From Dubosiella newyorkensis (GTDB lineage Bacteria; Bacillota_I; Bacilli_A; Erysipelotrichales; Erysipelotrichaceae), in contig NZ_MPKA01000077.1 in the NCBI RefSeq assembly GCF_001945605.1, positions 1 through 17,972 on the forward strand: a DNA stretch of 17,972 bases, given 5' to 3'. Shown here piece by piece: positions 1 to 7,077 of this stretch (positions are counted from its first letter, which is position 1; each line of letters begins with the position of its first letter). The notes beneath the pieces were generated by a model, which was not told the origin of the DNA, did not search any database, and was given only the letters and a program-made list of their open reading frames with translations. The translations under genes and the position numbers were made by a program.

Positions 1-251
1 GGATACGAACATCCTCCTGCCAAATATTCCTCAATCACTTGTATTTTGAATTCTTTTGAATAGGATTGATTTCTTGGTTTCTCCAGAAAAACTTCAGCAT
101 CCGACTTTTGAAATTGTTTTACCCATTTCATTACAGTGTTTGGATTAAGATTTAAATCTTTTCCAATCGTGACGGATCCTTCTCCTTTATTTAAATAGCG
201 GTCAACAACAGATAATTTAAAATCTATAGTGTATTTTGATTTTCTTCCCAT
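1..251 (-). CDS. IS3-family transposase OrfA (helix-turn-helix), N-terminal ~83 aa, truncated by the window edge
   Basis: Not in the ORF track because it runs off the window. Reverse-strand translation from ATG (251-249) gives MGRKSKYTIDFKLSVVDRYLNKGEGSVTIGKDLNLNPNTVMKWVKQFQKSDAEVFLEKPRNQSYSKEFKIQVIEEYLAGGCSY. The pattern KYT-x-x-FK..V..YL.G.GS......N...V.KWV..F......L.K..N..YS.EFK..V...YL.G is characteristic of IS3/IS150-type OrfA proteins. Confidence 0.8.
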   Translation of the reverse strand, partial: MGRKSKYTIDFKLSVVDRYLNKGEGSVTIGKDLNLNPNTVMKWVKQFQKSDAEVFLEKPRNQSYSKEFKIQVIEEYLAGGCSY

Positions 252-320
252 ATAAAAAGCCCCCTAATAGGACCTCCAAATTTAGTTGTTTGGCGTGTCT
301 ACTATTAGGGGAGCTTATCA
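1..320 (-). mobile_element. IS3-family (IS150-group-like) insertion sequence, 5' part only; element continues beyond the window start
   Basis: Contains the OrfA N-terminus (see CDS 1..251) plus a ~70 nt upstream untranslated end. The outer boundary is guessed at ...GCTTATCA (ends at 320), which reads TGATAAGC... on the element strand; IS3 ends typically start with TG. The boundary cannot be verified without the other inverted repeat. Confidence 0.65.
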
Positions 321-348
321 GAATGGGAACCTCTGCTTTTTTTTGCCT

Positions 349-447
349 TTAATGTCTTTTCCCGAGGATGAATCCGATCACGAGTCCGATGAGCAAACTA
401 ACGATGACAAATAGGAAAAGATGGAAACCGGTAATAGAAATATACAT
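349..447 (-). CDS. candidate 32-aa hydrophobic single-TM peptide (below the ORF-track size cutoff)
   Basis: Minus-strand ORF ATG(447-445)..TAA(351-349) encodes MYISITGFHLFLFVIVSLLIGLVIGFILGKRH. A GGAGG Shine-Dalgarno (complement of 456-460) lies 8 nt upstream of the ATG. A possible TTGTCA-17nt-TACGAT promoter sits on the minus strand at 496..468. The hydrophobic core with a GxxxG-like motif and basic C-terminus looks real, but it is too short to verify by composition alone. Confidence 0.35.
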   Translation of the reverse strand: MYISITGFHLFLFVIVSLLIGLVIGFILGKRH

Positions 448-669
448 ACATTTTTCCTCCTATTCGTATCGTAGTTTTCTTGAAGGAGAATGACAATGGT
501 TTTGCTTGTGAAGGCATTTTTGATAATTTCACTCATTTTGGAAACAGAATGGCAAATTCGATTTTTTTGGTGAATTTGAATTGCCATATTTGGTATAGAT
601 AAGGTGTGTAATTAAATTAGTATGATATCTGTTACGTTTTTATTGCTCCAAAAAAAATCGATTTTTTTG

Positions 670-683
670 TGAAAACGATTCCA
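670..683 (+). promoter_or_regulatory. cre-like site (CcpA operator-like) upstream of glgC
   Basis: TGAAAACGATTCCA compared with the cre consensus TGWAANCGNTNWCA has one mismatch (C at the W position). It lies ~40 nt upstream of the putative -10 of glgC. Confidence 0.35.
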
Positions 684-720
684 ATTTATGCGAAAAAGCA
701 TTTTTAAATCGCATAAAAGG

Positions 721-729
721 TGCTATAAT
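721..729 (+). promoter_or_regulatory. putative glgC promoter, extended -10 (TGcTATAAT)
   Basis: A perfect TATAAT at 724-729 is preceded by TGc, giving an extended -10. It lies 36 nt upstream of the glgC ATG. The -35 is weak (TTTTTA). An inverted repeat TTATGCGA-N15-TCGCATAA (686-716) lies just upstream. Confidence 0.45.
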
Positions 730-764
730 TTTAACAGCTTTAATAGATGAATAGGAGGATAATT

Positions 765-1904
765 ATGGAACAGAATAATATGCTCGCAATGATTCTTGCG
801 GGTGGACGCGGTACGCGATTATTCGATCTGACAAAAAAGACAGCGAAGCCGGCTGTTTACTTTGGCGGAAAGTACAGGATCATCGACTTTCCGATTAGTA
901 ACTGCGCGAATTCGAATATCAATGTCGTTGGTGTATTGACGCAATACGAGCCTGTTGAGCTAAACGCTTACGCTGGTGCTGGGCAGCGTTGGGGTCTAGA
1001 CACTAGAGGCAGTGGGGTTTATGTTCTTCCGCCAAGCGAAAAAGACGGAACGAAATTTGATGTATATAGAGGAACAGCGGATGCGATCACGCAAAATATC
1101 GAGTTCATCGATAAATTCAATCCAGAATACGTATTGATCCTTTCTGGAGACCACATTTATAAAATGGATTACGATAAGATGCTTTCGGCACATAAAGCCA
1201 ATGCGGCCGACGCGACGATCGCGGTCTTGCAAGTGCCTTGGAAAGAAGCGAGCCGCTTTGGAATCATGGAAATCGATGATCAAAGCAACATCATTGCCTT
1301 CAAGGAAAAACCAAAAGAACCAAAAAGCAATTTGGCAAGCATGGGAATCTATATCTTCAACTGGAAGCTGCTGCGTAAAGAATTGTTGGATGATATGAAG
1401 CGGGAAGGAAGCTCGCACGATTTCGGTAACGATATCATCCCAAGTCTTCTCAACCAAGGAAAACACCTTTCCGTCTACCAATTCGAAGGCTATTGGAAAG
1501 ATGTTGGAACGATCGATTCATTGTGGGAAGCCAACATGGATCTGCTCAACAAGAACAACGAGCTCGACCTCGACGATCCAAATTGGAAGATCTATACTTC
1601 GGACATTCCTTCGCTTCCACACTATGTTGGTCCAAATGGAAAAGTAGAACATTGCTATATCAACCAAGGCGCTGTGATCTACGGTACGGCAAAAGACTCG
1701 GTTCTTTTCAATAATGTTGTGATCGAAGAAGGCGCGGATGTGCAACAATCTGTTTTGATGCCAGGCGTGCATGTGGGCGCGGGCGCTAAAGTGTATCGGG
1801 CCATCGTTGCAGAAAATGTGAAGATCGATCCAGAAGCGGTCGTATCGGATCCTGACAGCAAAGAGATCGCGCTCGTTGCCAAAAGGGTCAAGAAAGGGGA
1901 ATAG
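765..1904 (+). CDS. glgC: glucose-1-phosphate adenylyltransferase (catalytic subunit)
   Basis: Track ORF 747..1904. I prefer the start at ATG 765 ([19 protein letters not shown]) because AGGAGG at 753-758 lies 6 nt upstream. It has the LAGGRGTRL nucleotide-binding motif, KPAV.FGG.YRIIDF, and a C-terminal left-handed beta-helix-like repeat region. Confidence 0.95.
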   Translation: MEQNNMLAMILAGGRGTRLFDLTKKTAKPAVYFGGKYRIIDFPISNCANSNINVVGVLTQYEPVELNAYAGAGQRWGLDTRGSGVYVLPPSEKDGTKFDVYRGTADAITQNIEFIDKFNPEYVLILSGDHIYKMDYDKMLSAHKANAADATIAVLQVPWKEASRFGIMEIDDQSNIIAFKEKPKEPKSNLASMGIYIFNWKLLRKELLDDMKREGSSHDFGNDIIPSLLNQGKHLSVYQFEGYWKDVGTIDSLWEANMDLLNKNNELDLDDPNWKIYTSDIPSLPHYVGPNGKVEHCYINQGAVIYGTAKDSVLFNNVVIEEGADVQQSVLMPGVHVGAGAKVYRAIVAENVKIDPEAVVSDPDSKEIALVAKRVKKGE

Positions 1905-1916
1905 AGGTGAGTCAGT

Positions 1917-3032
1917 ATGTTTAATGCATTAGGAATCATAGCTTACAACAACACCAATATTTATATCGAAGGATTGGAAAAGTATCGTCCAATCGCGGCG
2001 TTCAACTTCATCGGGCGCTATCGTTTAGTCGACTTTCCGATTTCCAATATGACAAATTCTGGTATGTGGGATATCGATATTTATGTCAACGGAAATCCAA
2101 AAGTTTTATTCGAACACATTGGTTCAGGCCGTCACTATAACATCAACTCGAAGCATGGCCATTTAGGATTGATCCCTGTCTTCCCAGATGGAACACGTGC
2201 CAACGCGGTGCCGGATGTTGAAATGTATTACGACAATCTCGTTGATATCGAAAACGATCCAAACGACTATGTGATCATCGCACCGGTCAACTTTATTTAT
2301 AAAGCCAACTATTCGGATCTTCTCGATCAGCACGTCGCTAGCGGAGCGGATATTTCCATGCTCTATCAACGTATTGACGATGCCAAAGATAAATATCTGC
2401 ATTGCGATGTCTTGACGCTCAATAAACAAAAAGGCGTATTAGGGATCGAAGAAAATTTAGGCGCTTATAAAGTGCGCAATCTTTCTCTTGCCACTTATAT
2501 CATGTCGAAGGAAGTCTTCATCAATCTTGTAAAGAAGGCAAGAGCGACAAGCTCGATGTATTGGCTAAAAGATATCATCAATGACAGCTGCCCGGATATG
2601 GATATCCGCGCAATCAATTATAGAGGACGTATTTATCCGATCTACAACCAAGAATCATATTTCAAGAGCAACATGATGATGCTTCATGAAGACAATATGA
2701 AAGATTTCAGCGATGCGAACTGGCCGATCTATACTCGTACCTACGATTCAGCGCCTACGATCTATCTCAATGATGGAACGACTCGAAACACGTATGTTTC
2801 CAATGGTTGCCAAATTAGCGGCGAGATCACGAACTCGATCATTGGACGCGCTGTCAAGATTGGAAAGAACGCGAAAGTGGATGGCTGCATCATTCTTCCT
2901 GAAGCCGTTGTCGGAGATAACGCGAACTTGAAGAACTGCATTATCGATAAAGGAGCAAGGATCATCCATAAAAAAGATCTAGCGGGTACAGAAGAGTCGC
3001 CTCTGTATATCGGCAGAAGGGAGACTGTATAA
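1917..3032 (+). CDS. glgD: glucose-1-phosphate adenylyltransferase regulatory/non-catalytic subunit GlgD
   Basis: This 371-aa GlgC paralogue (YRLVDFPISNM) lacks the GGxGxRL motif, as GlgD of Firmicutes does. It lies directly between glgC and glgA. An RBS GAGGTGAG lies upstream. Confidence 0.88.
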   Translation: MFNALGIIAYNNTNIYIEGLEKYRPIAAFNFIGRYRLVDFPISNMTNSGMWDIDIYVNGNPKVLFEHIGSGRHYNINSKHGHLGLIPVFPDGTRANAVPDVEMYYDNLVDIENDPNDYVIIAPVNFIYKANYSDLLDQHVASGADISMLYQRIDDAKDKYLHCDVLTLNKQKGVLGIEENLGAYKVRNLSLATYIMSKEVFINLVKKARATSSMYWLKDIINDSCPDMDIRAINYRGRIYPIYNQESYFKSNMMMLHEDNMKDFSDANWPIYTRTYDSAPTIYLNDGTTRNTYVSNGCQISGEITNSIIGRAVKIGKNAKVDGCIILPEAVVGDNANLKNCIIDKGARIIHKKDLAGTEESPLYIGRRETV

Positions 3033-4474
3033 TGGCTTCGATTTTAATGGTCGCATCCGAAGGACTTCCTTTTGTTAAAACAGGTGGTCTTGCGGACGTC
3101 GTTGGTTCGCTTCCTGCCGCTCTTTCTGAGATCGGCCACGAAGTGAAAGTCGTTTTGCCTCTTTATAAAAAGATCGCGGAAAACAACTTTCAAGATTTGA
3201 CGCTTTGTGCAGATTATACAGTTTCGATCAATTATCATGAGGTTCCAGTGCGCATTTACTCGCAAACGATCGATAAGGTCGCTTACTTCTTCGTTCAGCA
3301 TCAAGGCTATTTCGAACGCGACGCCTTGTATGGCTATGAAGATGATGGAGAACGTTTCGCTTATTTCCAAAAGGCTGTGATTGAAATGCTCAATCAGCTC
3401 AACTATTGGCCAAATATTATCCATTGCCATGATTGGCAATCAGGAATGATCCCTTGCATGATCAAAGAAACGCACGATTTTGATCCTCGGTATCGCCAAA
3501 TCCGTTTCGTCTATACGATCCACAATTTGGCGTTCCAAGGAAATTTTGGGCCTCAAATGCTCGATTCGTGCCTTGGTCTTCCATACTATTTGCTCGATAA
3601 TGGAAACGTTCGCTATGATGGCGGTATTTCCTTCATGAAATCGGGTATCTTGTATTCCGATAAGATCACGACGGTTTCCCCTACATATTCACAAGAGATC
3701 TTGACTCCTCAATATGGCGAACATTTGGAACTTGTTTTGAATATGCGCAAATACGACTTGTGGGGTATCGTAAACGGTATCGATACGAAGAACTGGAATC
3801 CTAAGACCGATCCAGATATCCCATATCATTTCGACAAGGTTAATTTGAAGGCTGGAAAAGCATTGGATAAGGCTTCTTTGCAAGCTGAGCTCGGTTTAGA
3901 GCAAAATCCAGATGTGATGCTTGTCGGTGTCGTTTCTCGTTTGACTTGGCAAAAAGGCTTCTACTTGATGATGGAGCAATTGAGCGCGTTTGCCAACGCT
4001 CCGATCCAGCTTGCGATTTTAGGCAGCGGTGAAAGCCAGATCGAGGAAGCGTTCCGTAATTTGGAAAACGCCAATAAAGGAAAGATCGCATTCTATAAAG
4101 GATACAACGAAGCGCTGGCGCATCGGATTTATGCGGGTTCCGACTTATTCTTGATGCCTAGCTTGTTCGAGCCGTGCGGCTTATCGCAGCTTTGCTCATT
4201 GCGTTATGGAACTTTGCCACTTGTTCGTGAAACGGGTGGTTTGAAAGATACGGTGGATCCATACAACGAGTACGATAAGAGCGGAAACGGTTTCTCTTTC
4301 GCGGCTTATAATGCGCAAGATCTCGTTCATACTCTGTACTACGCGACAGACGTATACTATAACCGCAAAGAAGACTGGGATACATTGCAGACGAATGCGA
4401 TGAATACGGATGTATCGTGGGAAAACAGCGCCCGGACTTATTCATTGCTCTATAACGAATTGATGAGTCAATGA
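3032..4474 (+). CDS. glgA: glycogen synthase (ADP-glucose type, GT5)
   Basis: 480 aa with the N-terminal KTGGLADVVGSLP motif and a C-terminal PSLFEPCGLSQL..LRYGT.P.VRETGGL motif. The start overlaps the glgD stop (TAATG), suggesting translational coupling. Confidence 0.95.
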   Translation: MASILMVASEGLPFVKTGGLADVVGSLPAALSEIGHEVKVVLPLYKKIAENNFQDLTLCADYTVSINYHEVPVRIYSQTIDKVAYFFVQHQGYFERDALYGYEDDGERFAYFQKAVIEMLNQLNYWPNIIHCHDWQSGMIPCMIKETHDFDPRYRQIRFVYTIHNLAFQGNFGPQMLDSCLGLPYYLLDNGNVRYDGGISFMKSGILYSDKITTVSPTYSQEILTPQYGEHLELVLNMRKYDLWGIVNGIDTKNWNPKTDPDIPYHFDKVNLKAGKALDKASLQAELGLEQNPDVMLVGVVSRLTWQKGFYLMMEQLSAFANAPIQLAILGSGESQIEEAFRNLENANKGKIAFYKGYNEALAHRIYAGSDLFLMPSLFEPCGLSQLCSLRYGTLPLVRETGGLKDTVDPYNEYDKSGNGFSFAAYNAQDLVHTLYYATDVYYNRKEDWDTLQTNAMNTDVSWENSARTYSLLYNELMSQ

Positions 4475-4896
4475 CCATGAAAGTCGGGATGAGCGCTTGT
4501 TTAGCAGGAGTCAATTGTAAATACAATGGCAAGAACAACTATGATTCGGATTTGATGGAACGCTTTAAAAATGACGAGATCATATTGATCTGTCCTGAAA
4601 TGGAGGGCGGCCTTCCTTGTCCAAGGATCCCTTGCGAGATCAAAGAGGGAAGAGTGATCGACGCCAATGGGCAAGATCATACGCAGGCCTTTGAAGAGGG
4701 AGCTCTGCATGCTCTTGATCGGATCAAAGATTGTGATCTTCTTGTTTTGCAGCCCCGTTCTCCAAGCTGCGGCGTTCATGAGATCTATGATGGAAGCTTT
4801 ACAAATAAGCGCGTTCCTGGCTCTGGAATCTTTGCGCAAAAGGCGAAAAAGTTGAAAATTCCATTAATGGAAGCGTCTACAAAAAAGACGATTTAG
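4471..4896 (+). CDS. DUF523 family protein (TudS / 2-thiouracil desulfurase-like, Cys-rich)
   Basis: 141 aa. The N-terminal GMSACLAGVNCKYNG matches the DUF523 signature (SACLLG...RYDG). Further conserved-looking Cys residues occur (CPE..GGLP.PR, SPSCG). The ATG overlaps the glgA stop (ATGA); an alternative start is ATG 4477. Confidence 0.75.
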   Translation: MTMKVGMSACLAGVNCKYNGKNNYDSDLMERFKNDEIILICPEMEGGLPCPRIPCEIKEGRVIDANGQDHTQAFEEGALHALDRIKDCDLLVLQPRSPSCGVHEIYDGSFTNKRVPGSGIFAQKAKKLKIPLMEASTKKTI

Positions 4897-4898
4897 TA

Positions 4899-4927
4899 TT
4901 GTCTTATCAAATAAAATGGCATAAAAT
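4899..4927 (+). promoter_or_regulatory. putative ptsH promoter (TTGTCT-17nt-TAAAAT)
   Basis: -35 TTGTCT at 4899-4904, exactly 17 nt of spacer, -10 TAAAAT at 4922-4927. It lies 30 nt upstream of the ptsH ATG, with AGGAGG at 4941-4946. Confidence 0.45.
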
Positions 4928-4956
4928 AAATTTAGATTTTAGGAGGAAAACATAAA

Positions 4957-5223
4957 ATGAAACAAGTAACTGTAACGGTCATCGATCCAGTAGGACTTCA
5001 TGCGCGTCCTGCAACTGTAGCTGTCAATGCAGCAAGCAAATATAAAAGCGATATTAATGTTGCATTCAAAGGCCGCGAAGTAAACATGAAATCGATCATG
5101 GGTGTAATGTCTTTAGGTATCCCAACACAATCTGAAATCACGATTAGCTGCACTGGTGAAGACGAAGACGCAGCCATCGCTGCAATTGAAGAAGTTCTTC
5201 GCGCCCAAAAGATCATCGCGTAA
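4957..5223 (+). CDS. ptsH: phosphocarrier protein HPr
   Basis: 88 aa containing the His15 site (GLHARPA) and the HprK-phosphorylated Ser46 context (KSIMGVMSLG). It has a strong RBS. Confidence 0.93.
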   Translation: MKQVTVTVIDPVGLHARPATVAVNAASKYKSDINVAFKGREVNMKSIMGVMSLGIPTQSEITISCTGEDEDAAIAAIEEVLRAQKIIA

Positions 5224-5242
5224 GAAAAAATTCAAAATCAAA

Positions 5243-5269
5243 AGTCTCGTTTTCTCGAGACTTTTTTTA
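5243..5269 (+). terminator. rho-independent terminator after ptsH
   Basis: AGTCTCG-ttttct-CGAGACT hairpin (5243-5262) followed by T7. Confidence 0.8.
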
Positions 5270-5300
5270 TCATTGAAAAAGAATAGAGGAGGAATTAAAA

Positions 5301-7007
5301 ATGTCGATTGTTGAAGAACGTTATGAAAAATGGGTCAATCATCCAAATCTTGATCCTCAATATCTTGAAGAGCTCAAAGGGATGAGTGAAGAAGAAAAGA
5401 ATGACGCGTTCTACACGCTCATTGAATTTGGAACGGCAGGAATGCGCGGATTATTAGGTCCTGGAACAAATCGGATCAACCTGCATACGATCCGCAAAGT
5501 GACGCAAGGCTATGCGAACTACATCAAAGCGCACGGGGAAAAAGCATGTGAAGAAGGGATCGCGATCGGTTATGACAATCGCCACATGTCTAGAGAGTTC
5601 GCGTTTGACTGCGCCAAGATCTTAGCGAAAAACGGAATCAATTCTTATGTTTTCGAATCGCTTCGTCCTACTCCTGAATTGTCTTTCGCTGTTCGTCATT
5701 TACACTGCTTTGGCGGGATCATGATCACGGCGAGCCACAATCCTAGAGAATATAATGGATATAAATTATACGATGATAAAGGATGCCAACTTGTCCCGGC
5801 TCTTGCGAGTCAAGTGATCGATCAAGTCAACGCGATCGAAGATGAGCTTGCGATCGATGCGACAGTCACGCCAGAAGAAGAAAAGCGGATCACGGTGATC
5901 GGTAAAGATGTCGATGAAGCGTATTATGAAAAAGTGCTCGGTATCCAATTGAATCCAGACGTTACAAAGGATATCAAGATCGTTTTCTCTCCAGAACACG
6001 GTACAGCCAACATTCCTGTTCGGACTGTTTATGAAAGAGCGGGTTACAACTGCATTCCTGTTGAAGAACAATGCACCCCAGATCCGGATTTCTCAAATAC
6101 GCCAACTCCAAACCCTGAACAAATCGGTGCCTATGAGCTCGCTTTGAAATACGCGAAAGATAACGATGCCGATATTATCTTAGTATGCGATCCAGACGCT
6201 GACCGGATGGGTGTTGGAGTGAAACACGATGGCGATTATGTGATCATGACAGGCAACCAATCGGGAGCGGTATTACTAGAGTATATTTTATCGCAAATGG
6301 AAGCGCATGGAATCATGCCAGAAAATCCTGTGATGTTCAATACAGTCGTAACGAGCGATCTTGGTGAAAAAGTCGCTTCTGCGCACGGAACAGAAACGGA
6401 AAAAACGCTGACAGGCTTCAAATTCATCGGTGAAAAAGTCGCAAAATATGAAAAGACAGGAGAAAAGAACTATGTATTCGGTTATGAAGAAAGCTATGGT
6501 TCTTTGATCAAACCTTTTGTCCGAGATAAAGACGCGCCACAAGCTTGCTTGATGTTGGCAGAAGCTGCCTCGTTCTACAAACAACAAGGCAAAGATCTCA
6601 TCGACGTATTGAACGATCTCTACGAACAACATGGAACGTATGAGGAAAGCCAAGTGGCATTGACTCTTTCTGGCGAAGCGGGAGCGAATCGGATCAAAGA
6701 GATCTTAGCGGATCTTAGAAAAGACGCGCCAAAAGAAATCGGCGGAACACCGGTGGTGCGTTTTGAAGATTATAAAGAGAGTGTCATCAAAGAAAATGGC
6801 GAAACAAAAGAGTTGACAGGCTTCACAAAATCGGATGTATTAAAATACTATCTGGAAGATGGAAGCTGGATCGCCGTACGTCCTAGCGGAACAGAGCCAA
6901 AATGCAAGTTCTACTACTGCATCAAAGGTGACAACGCGTTAGACGCCCATGAAAAAACGTTAAACTATCAAAAAGCGATGGCTGAATTGACTGGAACAAA
7001 CGAATAA
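5301..7007 (+). CDS. pgcA: phosphoglucomutase / phospho-sugar mutase (alpha-D-phosphohexomutase family, PgcA-like)
   Basis: 568 aa. It has the active-site loop TASHNPREYNGYK, the metal-binding DPDADR motif and the sugar-binding GYEESYG motif. The RBS is GAGGAGG. Confidence 0.9.
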   Translation: MSIVEERYEKWVNHPNLDPQYLEELKGMSEEEKNDAFYTLIEFGTAGMRGLLGPGTNRINLHTIRKVTQGYANYIKAHGEKACEEGIAIGYDNRHMSREFAFDCAKILAKNGINSYVFESLRPTPELSFAVRHLHCFGGIMITASHNPREYNGYKLYDDKGCQLVPALASQVIDQVNAIEDELAIDATVTPEEEKRITVIGKDVDEAYYEKVLGIQLNPDVTKDIKIVFSPEHGTANIPVRTVYERAGYNCIPVEEQCTPDPDFSNTPTPNPEQIGAYELALKYAKDNDADIILVCDPDADRMGVGVKHDGDYVIMTGNQSGAVLLEYILSQMEAHGIMPENPVMFNTVVTSDLGEKVASAHGTETEKTLTGFKFIGEKVAKYEKTGEKNYVFGYEESYGSLIKPFVRDKDAPQACLMLAEAASFYKQQGKDLIDVLNDLYEQHGTYEESQVALTLSGEAGANRIKEILADLRKDAPKEIGGTPVVRFEDYKESVIKENGETKELTGFTKSDVLKYYLEDGSWIAVRPSGTEPKCKFYYCIKGDNALDAHEKTLNYQKAMAELTGTNE

Positions 7008-7012
7008 TAGAG

Positions 7013-7038
7013 AAAACCTCGTTCTCGAGGTTTTTTTT
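7013..7038 (+). terminator. rho-independent terminator after pgcA
   Basis: AAAACCTCG-ttct-CGAGGTTTT hairpin followed by a T-run (T8 in total). Confidence 0.8.
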
Positions 7039-7041
7039 AAT

Positions 7042-7070
7042 TTGAAATAAAATTAAGATTGTTGTACAAT
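7042..7070 (+). promoter_or_regulatory. putative promoter TTGAAA-17nt-TACAAT of the VanZ-like gene (would give a leaderless mRNA)
   Basis: -35 TTGAAA at 7042-7047, 17 nt spacer, -10 TACAAT at 7065-7070. The ATG at 7078 lies 7 nt after the -10, and no Shine-Dalgarno lies in between. Confidence 0.5.
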
Positions 7071-7077
7071 TCGAAAC

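Noticed and set aside
378-587. 69-aa minus-strand track ORF (MAIQIHQKNRICHS...)
   Set aside because: It has no Shine-Dalgarno and spans what otherwise looks like intergenic or promoter DNA. Its sequence is low-complexity. It overlaps, in another frame, the better-supported 32-aa ORF with a strong RBS.
672-682. 11-mer AAAACGATTCC shared between the glgC upstream region (672-682) and the regulator/peptide intergenic region (16954-16964)
   Set aside because: A single 11-nt match within an 18 kb AT-rich window is within chance expectation. The second copy lacks the TG...CA flanks of a cre site.
747-764. Upstream extension of glgC (MNRRII...) and, likewise, the 7678-7752 extension of the SDR gene and the 8568 start of the isomerase
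   Set aside because: The extensions contain the actual ribosome-binding sites (AGGAGG 753-758, GGAGG 7743-7747, AAGGAG 8562-8567). The downstream ATGs give canonical N-termini.
996-1481. 161-aa antisense ORF inside glgC, plus other antisense or alternate-frame track ORFs inside glgD, glgA, pgcA and cysS
   Set aside because: These are shadow ORFs opposite or overlapping strongly supported genes. They have no RBS, no recognisable motifs and odd composition.
5243-7038. Similar terminator hairpins after ptsH (…CTCGTTTTCTCGAG…) and pgcA (…CTCGTTCTCGAG…) considered as copies of a repeat element
   Set aside because: The similarity is limited to a short palindromic CTCG/CGAG core with different flanks. 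This fits independent intrinsic terminators rather than a dispersed repeat.
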